DNA of 20,000 nt from Piedraia hortae CBS 480.64. Lineage: Eukaryota. A program made the translations under genes and the position numbers. Under the pieces are notes generated by a model, which worked only from the letters and a program-made list of their open reading frames with translations, had not been told where the DNA came from and ran no database searches. Shown one piece after another: positions 1 through 7,417 of the stretch; position 1 is the stretch's first letter; each line of letters begins with the position of its first letter. The stretch is taken from contig MU005972.1 in NCBI GenBank assembly GCA_010093745.1, positions 112,725 through 132,724 of the forward strand, written 5' to 3'.

Positions 1-995
1 AGATGGCGAACAAGAAAGAGAACTATAAAGCTCGGATTGTCTGTGAGAAATCGAAAGGTTGGCCGGGCAGCCGAAGGGAGTGAAGCTGGAATGTGATGTT
101 TCAATGGTGAACTTAGATTTGGGAGGGTTTACTTCCTCGAAGCAAGTTGCTGCCTCGCCTAAAGGAGCAACTCGAGGTCAGTTTACGAAGGCGAATGAGG
201 TTTATGTTTCAACATGCTACAAAGGGTCTGTCTGCAGACCACGTTATTTTAGCTTCAATCATGCCACGAAGCAGTCCAGACACAGTATTGCAATAACAAG
301 CCCATACACCATACATAATGGTGATTGATGGTCATGAACAACTCTCGTATCAGCCGAATACCCCGTATACACCCCCTGCACCCAATTGTTCACCAAAGTG
401 CCAAACGTGCAGTATAATGTCCATCTCAATGACTGCAAGCACAGTCAGCCGCAGCTCCACAAGCATGCAAACCCAGTGAGACATGCATCGAATTTGAACA
501 ATCTCAATGAGAGTCAGCAATAGATCGACATAAGCCTCTATTATTTCGCGGAGAGTAGGGAACCAGAATAACAGGAGGAGCAGGAGTCATAAAAGCAACA
601 AGTCGTTTCCTGTTTGATGGAGTGAGTGTTTGGAAGAGTGCGAAGGGGTGATATGCATTGCCGAACAGGCGACGCATGTGTTGTGTGGGTGACAGTATTG
701 TTTGTTGTAGGATATCCATCTGTGCAGGTGAGCGTATATTCCGATTGAGGAAGGTGCGGAGCTTGGCATTATGTGCACATAGCGTTTTGGGAATAGAGTT
801 GAGTGCAATCGAAAATCACATTAACGTGATTGGTAGAAGACAACCCTTTTCGAGGGCATCGGCCCTGCGTGTATCGGAGAATTAGCAGGTCAGACTGCCT
901 GACGAGAACGGGCACATGTGCTGTCCAACCGATTAGCTGCATGCATATAGCATTTTTAGACATATACAATGGTTGACAGCCCGACGTCTATAAGT

Positions 996-1979
996 TTAGC
1001 TCCCCTTTAACTTTTCCCTCGCCTCAACCAGCCGTCTCATTCCCATGAGTCCAATCCAAACAGCCTCCTCCGTCCTTATAGTCCTACTTCCCTGTCCCTG
1101 AAGCAAGTTAACCCACCGATCAAAAACCTCATGCACCTGTACGGCTTCCAGAACAGGATCGTTGCGTACAGCAGTTTCCAAGCCCGAAACGCCTCCAAAG
1201 AAAACGATACAATGCCTCCATCGGGGAATCGTCTCTTTCAGTTCCCCCAAAGGAGAGCCACGTTCACTCGTTCCGATTGAGAAATCATATCCCCCATCAA
1301 ACGGACATTCGGTAAAGACGTCCGAAAGCGAACTTGCAAAACGCGTCGCATACCCCCAGTAATATCCGTCCTCTTCCCTTGGGGTAGCTGGGTGGACGGC
1401 TTCGCCGGACTTGGCATCGGGAGACAAACGCACCGTGACGCGCGTTCCTGGGTCGATTACATCCTCTCCCTTGAGACGGAGGGGCGAGGGGAACCCGACA
1501 TTAACATAGCAATTTCCTTTCCCACTAGGGGGGGCCTCAACGACCACACCTTCCCTGTATCTGCACTCCTCGCCAGGCTTCAGGTGGTGCGGAGCGTCAA
1601 TCGATTGAGTCGCTCCGGCAGATTTAAGATCGGGATGGATGCCGAAAAGGCTCCTTCGCAAAACCGGTGGGGTCTCGAGGAACGTCAAGAGACGGTATAA
1701 GAAGAAATTTGGGTCTGTGTATGCGGTGTAGCCGTCGGATTCGGGCGGCTGGATTTTGACGGTGCGGTCATCGAAGACTACAATTTCGTCGACATTGAAC
1801 ACAGTGCTTGCACGAGCGATGGTGCTGGCTAATAGCGTTTTTGATTCATGTGTCTGCGAGTTGGAAATTATACTTCCTGGTAAGGCGATGCTTAATGTCC
1901 ACGACCTCGGGCCTTTGGGTGTGAATGAAGCGGTGGGTTTAGAAGTGTCTACCTTCTGACTTTGAGTAGGAGTAGACAT
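996..1979 (-). CDS. SPOUT-family RNA methyltransferase (SPOUT1/C9orf114/CENP-32-like; yeast YGR283C/YMR310C family), 327 aa, apparently intronless
   Basis: N-terminal TLSIALPGSIISN and IARASTVFNVDEIVVFDD, central LETPPVLRR..F..HPDLK.AG and PHH..YREG, C-terminal SPOUT knot motifs IGTSERG, FFGGVSGLE and GQGSRTIRTEEA. ATG at 1979; the frame upstream is closed by a stop at 2084-2082 with no other ATG. Confidence 0.93.
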   Translation of the reverse strand: MSTPTQSQKVDTSKPTASFTPKGPRSWTLSIALPGSIISNSQTHESKTLLASTIARASTVFNVDEIVVFDDRTVKIQPPESDGYTAYTDPNFFLYRLLTFLETPPVLRRSLFGIHPDLKSAGATQSIDAPHHLKPGEECRYREGVVVEAPPSGKGNCYVNVGFPSPLRLKGEDVIDPGTRVTVRLSPDAKSGEAVHPATPREEDGYYWGYATRFASSLSDVFTECPFDGGYDFSIGTSERGSPLGELKETIPRWRHCIVFFGGVSGLETAVRNDPVLEAVQVHEVFDRWVNLLQGQGSRTIRTEEAVWIGLMGMRRLVEAREKLKGS

Positions 1980-2509
1980 TGCTGCAATGAGCGCTTCTTC
2001 TTGTTGTGCGTAATCTATCCCTGCTGTGCTGTATGCAATATATACATAGAGAACAATGGTTGAATTAGGCGGTGCGTGTTTCTAAAGTTCAACAGTCAGA
2101 TAAAAAGTCAGATCATGTGACCAACCCCACATTTCTGGTCGAATCAAATTGGCGATGGATCTGGCACACTTCTTGGCATGATTTATCAGTCTACCGTAAC
2201 TATGACTACACTAACAAGTCGAAGCGGCGGGACTTCCATAGGTTCAGATTATCATGCGTTTTTCCATGCTTGCCTAGTAGCTGCAAATACGTAGTAAGAG
2301 TGGATGAATACAGGTCGGCTTTTCACCACCCACACAACCACTTTGCTTAGGGGGCACTAATGTATACTACCATTTATTGCAAGGTTACTTGGGTGAGAAC
2401 TGGTGGGCACATTTAACATGGATCAATCAATACAAGCAGAGTGGGACACACGAGGCTTCATATAGAACATCTTGGTTGAACAGAAAACGCCTGGGTATCA
2501 AGATTACAT

Positions 2510-4489
2510 CTAATTCGAAGACTGGGTTCTTCCGAGTTGATAATCACTGGTATCGCACCAGAAGCCACTGCCAATCGAAACGTTCCCGCGATTCCCGAGT
2601 GTCTGTTGCAGTCGAGTCTGCGCATCCACGGCAGCATTTTCATCTTCCGTAGCATTAAAGACGTAGAGGACCGTTACCCCAGCAAAGTCGACCAACGTGC
2701 GCGCCGCGCCAGTCGGAGGTGTTGCCTCCACCGCTGCTTTTTTAGGTGCATTGGTGGCATATACGATGCCGGATTTCGTGGCGGCCGCGCCTGGATCGTG
2801 ACTGTTCCATGACAGCGGCGCCGTCTGGAATGTCACCAACGCGTTCTGATCCACACATCCCACCTGCAAGTTTGCAAATTTCTCCGCCAACGTAACGGAG
2901 TCAAGTGCCAGATTGAACTGGCCAGCGGCCTTGACAAGTGCCGGTATCGCTTCACCTATAACCACGTTTCCAGACTGCGTGCATCCTTGTTCCAGGGTTG
3001 ATCCGCATGCAGCGCCAGTACACGCGGCCGGGACCCCACGCGAGGTCTGGGTTTCATTTCCCCGGTGAATGTGTGCAGTCTGTGACTGCGTCAGGACGAT
3101 TGGTACTGCTATGGCCGCCGATACGAGCATGGCCAATCCAACCAGCAAAGCCATCAGCAGCCAGAGGGGCAGGCCGCAATAATGCTTTCTGGATGGCCGG
3201 TCTCTATCATTACACACACTCTGCGACCTCACTGGCGGTGGGTTCCACTGCGTGTCCTCGACGATTCTGGAACCGATGTATGCATGCTCCGGGGGTGCTG
3301 GTCGAGGTGGCGGAATCTTGGGATCCACGTTCACCGGTTCAAAACGCGTCTCTTGCTTCGGACTCGGGCTTCGCACTTTTTCCATTCGGTCGTCAACATC
3401 AACCATATCTAATCGGCTGGCAGTTCTACCTCGATCTAAATTAACAGCCAGCTTGGTTGCCCGCTGAATCAGATCCGGCAGGCTGGTCAACGAGCCGCGA
3501 GCTTCAGCCTTCTTGATGGTGTCAATGCTGATCTCTGGTGGCAGCCGTTGGGAACGGCGTTGGCTGAAGCCATTGCCTACGGCCACAATGGGGGCTGGCA
3601 CAGAAGCAGGAGTCTGTTCTGTAGGCGAATAAGTGAAGATGGCTGCCGCATTTGTACGCAAGCCATCTCGGGAATTCGTGAGTGAATCCTTGGGAGAGCT
3701 CTCTAATTCATCTTCTGAGTCCGAGCTGGCATCAATTAAACCAGTGCCGGTTTCGAGGATGCTTCCACTTGGCTGGGATTGGTGAAACTGCTCTGACCTC
3801 GGGCTATACGGGTCGCCGGAGCTTGACTTCCGCACCGTCGTCAAAGTTGGACGGCTCTTGCGGCCCAAACTGGCTGTACGAACCATGACCGCATCTGAAG
3901 CAGGCTGTGGGCCCTGCCGAAGGTGTAGCGGCTGCGGTAGAGGCGGAGCATCGGCAAGGCTGTCGCTGTAGGCACTGGTTGCCTCAGAGAGAGGCCGCGA
4001 ACTCGGGTGGGCGAGGCTGGCCCAAGCCGGCGGCGGACCTTCGCGGGGAGACGAGGCAAAGCCAATAGGAATGGCGGTGCTGCTGGCAAAAGATCTGGTG
4101 CTCTCATGGCCGGTGAGATTGCTGCGGCTGGTGAGGCCACTGGCACGCGAGGTGCTCTCGGACTCTTCGGCGATGGAGTGCACCGGGGCAAGATGCTGGT
4201 GCTGGTAGTAAGATGGAGGTCCGCGACGAGACGATGGCGGTGGGCCGAGCGGAGGGCGGATTGGAGGCCGTGGCGGCTCCAGAATGCCAATATCGGCCTC
4301 ATCCGGTCGCTGGGGACGCGGCGGAGGTCTCTTCGGCCTGCCGTCTCTGCCGTCTCCAACAGCCCCATCTGGAGGGGGCGGCGGGGCCGGAAGGGGCCAA
4401 TGAGAGGACCTGTCCTCACGCTCTCCGCTGGGAAATAAACCGGGCCCTACATGCTGTCCAGCAGCGGAGAAATGAGTGTGATGGGCCAT
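2510..4489 (-). CDS. Hypothetical single-pass membrane protein, 659 aa: long Pro/Ser/Arg-rich N-terminal region, one TM helix, Cys-containing C-terminal domain
   Basis: Long uninterrupted ATG-initiated ORF. Ordered-looking block EARGSLTSLPDLIQRATKLAVNLDRGRTASRL, basic RKH followed by hydrophobic CGLPLWLLMALLVGLAMLVSAAIAVPIVL, then a C-terminal part with several Cys and N-glycosylation sequons (NET, NAT, NVS). Confidence 0.85.
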   Translation of the reverse strand: MAHHTHFSAAGQHVGPGLFPSGEREDRSSHWPLPAPPPPPDGAVGDGRDGRPKRPPPRPQRPDEADIGILEPPRPPIRPPLGPPPSSRRGPPSYYQHQHLAPVHSIAEESESTSRASGLTSRSNLTGHESTRSFASSTAIPIGFASSPREGPPPAWASLAHPSSRPLSEATSAYSDSLADAPPLPQPLHLRQGPQPASDAVMVRTASLGRKSRPTLTTVRKSSSGDPYSPRSEQFHQSQPSGSILETGTGLIDASSDSEDELESSPKDSLTNSRDGLRTNAAAIFTYSPTEQTPASVPAPIVAVGNGFSQRRSQRLPPEISIDTIKKAEARGSLTSLPDLIQRATKLAVNLDRGRTASRLDMVDVDDRMEKVRSPSPKQETRFEPVNVDPKIPPPRPAPPEHAYIGSRIVEDTQWNPPPVRSQSVCNDRDRPSRKHYCGLPLWLLMALLVGLAMLVSAAIAVPIVLTQSQTAHIHRGNETQTSRGVPAACTGAACGSTLEQGCTQSGNVVIGEAIPALVKAAGQFNLALDSVTLAEKFANLQVGCVDQNALVTFQTAPLSWNSHDPGAAATKSGIVYATNAPKKAAVEATPPTGAARTLVDFAGVTVLYVFNATEDENAAVDAQTRLQQTLGNRGNVSIGSGFWCDTSDYQLGRTQSSN

Positions 4490-4838
4490 AACGAACGTCA
4501 GGAGTGTGTGGAAGTGCGAAGGGTGAGGAGCGTTTGGGCCATGACCCCTGCTCGTCTCAAGCCACTTACAAACCGATATCTATCATGGGCCACTTATCAT
4601 CATTCACGAAGGGCGATGATGAAACGACATGGCTCTCACACACGCCTTAAGTGCATCACGTGGTCTGGTAATAGTACTACCAATATGTGAAGATCATCGC
4701 TGCACGCAACAGAGGCGTCGCTGTGAGAAATTGGCTGCAGCAAGTGGGGGTATCTAAATATAACCTGTCAGGCTGAAACATGTGGCCCCCCCCCCGCCGC
4801 AAAAGTTGCTGATCTCCACATTCGTTCGTGAACACCTA

Positions 4839-6079
4839 TTATTGCCTCATTTCCTCGCTGCTCCGCGTACTAAAAGGGTCTACGGGTCTGACTTCGCTTT
4901 GGACCTCAACCACTGTGTGGCTACGCACCCCTCTTGAGTTGAACAGGCGATCCAAACTGCCATCATGACTCCGAAGTGCAATCTCTTCATCTTTCCGACC
5001 ACGGCGTCTTCCACGTCTCGTTGGCGTCGACTGCTGTGGATGCGCCGTTATCGTTGTAGTTGTCCCGAATTCCTGATGGGACCGCAGCGTGACGAACGTG
5101 TCTAAACCTTTGTTGTTGTCCCGGTCGGACGCACGCCCAAAGAGCAAAGTCCCTCGAGTCAGTCCATAGACGACAACATCAAGCCAACCAATGCACGTAA
5201 TCAAAGCGCCCACCGCACACATCAGCGAAACGCTAGGCGTCCAGTGCTCCATGCCTTTGAGACGCACAACGATCAATGGCAGCGTACATACCACGTAGAC
5301 AATGGGGTAGATGATGATTAGTCGTGCCGCTGATCGAGCTCGTAATGCCGTCGAAGGGGTGGCGTAGTAAGAGGTGTGAAGGCGACGCTGCAAGATGGCG
5401 AGAATCGCTCCGTAGATGATAACAGTCCCAAATTCAGCCACAATGACCCAAAAGTAGTGGAGCCAGAGCCGTTCTGCCGCATACTTGCCGCTCACCCAGC
5501 ACCAGGGACCGGCGCGAGCATAACTGCAACGCATTAGCAAGTACCGAGAAAGCGTTGGTGCACTTACTAGTCGGAAGCGTGGGCAGCAAAGCCCGCTACA
5601 GCAAGGACGTGTACAAGGCACCATAAAGCCGCCAGGCAGGACAGGAAGGTAACTTGAGGGAGGTGGTAGTCGAATGTAATGTCGGCAAACAGGTGAATGG
5701 CAATGGCTAGAGTGAAGACGCCGCTTGATAGATTGCCAACGCTGATGAACCAGCCTTGGGCGATACAGGCCTTGTCACTAACCAGGACCCCGTCCAGGGA
5801 CACCCAGCGCGAGTTGAGCATGAAGCCCACCGACTGCAGCATGTCGGCAAAAATCAGGTTGTATATTAGGATCAGGAATTGGCTGACTCGCAGTGTTGAA
5901 CTTTGACGACGGCGACGAAGCTCAGTAAAGACCTTGTAGCTCAGCCATAAGAAGAGTAGAGTGGATGATATGAAAGAGAGAAGGCCGAAGAAAGCCACGG
6001 CGGTGAGGCCACGACGATGCTCTGGAGAAAGAGGCGAAAGGGAGGCGCTGGCCTGCTGCATCGCCTGTTCGGTGGCCAT
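4839..6079 (-). CDS. Fungal 7-TM G-protein-coupled-receptor-like protein (Git3/Gpr1-related), 398 aa; exons 6079-5568 and 5523-4839
   Basis: ORFs 5567..6079 and 4839..5624 join in frame across a 44-nt intron (GAC TA|GTAAGT...GCTAAT...TTGCAG|T TAT GCT), giving ..HASDYYARAGPWCWV.. Seven hydrophobic segments, with motifs NLIFADMLQS, CIAQGWFIS, AGPWCW, LWLHYFW, YPIVYVVCTLPL and GWLDVVVY. Confidence 0.88.
5524..5567 (-). other. Spliceosomal intron (44 nt, phase 2) of the GPCR-like gene
   Basis: Minus strand GTAAGT donor, GCTAAT branch site, TGCAG acceptor. Splicing restores the frame; unspliced RNA reads TAG across the donor. Confidence 0.9.
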
Positions 6080-6581
6080 TGGTCTTGATACGCGTTGCTC
6101 CTCTGATAAAGGAAGTCGGCGTACTCTATTGGTATTGTTGCGAGGTTTCCCACGCTTCCAAAGTATGTAAATGCGCTCATAAATGTGTCGCTATGCACGC
6201 TGTGAGAGCTTTTTCACTGTGTCGCTGTGCGGGTCCAGTGTCTGTTTACCGTTTAGGTTCGAGAGGTAAGGCCTTCTTCACTGCTTGGGTTCCCAGTTTT
6301 CCGGGCTTGTGCGTTCACAGTCACACTTACAGCAGCCATCCTGATAGAGGGACATTAAATGCGGAAGAAACAGGTCAGAGAGATTTTTTCGGAAAAGGCT
6401 GTGGCCTGACCTGCACCGCCGGTTTTAACAACATCAATGCTGAGGCAGCCGGCAGATTTGTGGTGAACATTGCGTGCAGACGAGACGAGGCTTACCGGGG
6501 TCACTGGTAATACGAGCCCTACCGTAATTATCCCTGACGTGTCAGTTTGAACGATGGGGAGAGCAGCGCTCTATAATTACC

Positions 6582-7301
6582 TCAGTCACTGTCACTGTCG
6601 ATTCCATTGTCGTGAATCTGCTGCTGATCGCTGTCTTGCTCTTTCCCTTCTAGTCGCTTGTCACCGAGCTTCACCGCTCCCACTGCCACCAGGACCTTCT
6701 CCACATCTCCGACGTTGGTCCCGGTGCCGCGGAGCTCCTTGAGAGTTACAATTTGACGCTTGATCTGCTCATTGTGGTAGATTAGAATCGTCGGGGTGTT
6801 CCGATCAGGGTAACCCTCAATGCAGAGGTTCGCTTGCATTTGGCAAAACTTGAGCTCGCCAAATTTGGCCGCCAGGCATCTCCACAGCTCAGCCATTCTC
6901 TGGCTATCTTGGTTGGCACCAGAGCTGCTTGTCAACAGGACCAGGACAAAGGTTTTTTGACTGGCCTCAGTAACTTCTTTGGCGTATTCAGGCTTTTGCA
7001 ACGGATAAACCTGGCCGTACACGCTTGCAGCTTGTAGTTCGGCTAGCTCCTGCATCCGCTTACGTCTATATTCATTGAGAAACTCCTCGTCCTCATCATC
7101 CTCCAGTTCATCTAGTTCGTCCAAGTCTTTACCCTCGAGTCTGTTCTCGTGAGCCAGTTGCCTTGCCTGCGTCAAAGCCTCCTCAATCATGGGAGTCGGC
7201 GACGGAGGCTTCTCGGGAATGACACCATGCTTACGCAGAATGTCGTTCCACTCCGTGTCGGCTTGCGGGTCGTCCACGGGGACGTTCACTGGCATATCCA
7301 T
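6582..7301 (-). CDS. PLP2: Phosducin-like protein, subgroup II (Plp2/PhLP2/PDCL3/Viaf1 type; CCT co-chaperone), 239 aa
   Basis: N-terminal DTEWNDILRKHGVIPEKPPSP, acidic LDELDELEDDEDEEFLNEYRRKRMQEL, thioredoxin-like domain YGQVYPLQKPEYAKEVTEAS..CIEGYPDRNTPTILIY. The first ATG is at 7301; the ORF-track start at 7325 is a non-ATG codon. Confidence 0.93.
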   Translation of the reverse strand: MDMPVNVPVDDPQADTEWNDILRKHGVIPEKPPSPTPMIEEALTQARQLAHENRLEGKDLDELDELEDDEDEEFLNEYRRKRMQELAELQAASVYGQVYPLQKPEYAKEVTEASQKTFVLVLLTSSSGANQDSQRMAELWRCLAAKFGELKFCQMQANLCIEGYPDRNTPTILIYHNEQIKRQIVTLKELRGTGTNVGDVEKVLVAVGAVKLGDKRLEGKEQDSDQQQIHDNGIDSDSD

Positions 7302-7417
7302 TGTGTGACTTTGCGGAAACGCCAAGAAATCCCAAAAGGGCAGCTGGCGACCTCACCTCCACAGCTCCCCCCCCCCCCCCCCCCCCAAATTCGAGGCCTC
7401 CGACCTAGCCGTCCACT
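7302..7417. promoter_or_regulatory. Putative compact bidirectional promoter / 5' UTR region shared by PLP2-like (-) and SEC21 (+)
   Basis: Head-to-head ATGs at 7301 (-) and 7418 (+), 116 bp apart. Promoter function is inferred from geometry. Confidence 0.6.
7367..7386 (+). repeat. C20 homopolymer inside the 116-bp divergent PLP2/SEC21 intergenic region
   Basis: Twenty consecutive C read directly from the sequence. Confidence 0.9.

Noticed and set aside
617..796. Plus-strand mini-gene using splice-like signals (GTGAGT 622, TGTAG 710, GTGAGC 728, CATAG about 783)
   Set aside because: Branch sites are poor and the spliced product would be only about 11 aa; cannot be supported without RNA data.
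1..995. Short ORFs in the first kilobase and a minus-strand branch/acceptor-like GCTGAC..TGCAG at about 433-450
   Set aside because: No recognisable protein features, several start at non-ATG codons, and no good matching donor; probably intergenic or UTR of a gene outside the window.
6103..6330. TPP riboswitch in the putative leader intron (GAAGCGTGGGAA resembles the aptamer 3' end)
   Set aside because: No CTGAGA or CCTGAT/CTTGAT core elements, and the gene is not thiamine-related.
4839..7301. GPCR next to a phosducin-like gene as a G-protein signalling cluster
   Set aside because: The phosducin has the subgroup II (Plp2) signature, linked to CCT-dependent folding of actin/tubulin rather than the G-beta-gamma-chaperoning subgroup I; adjacency is probably incidental.
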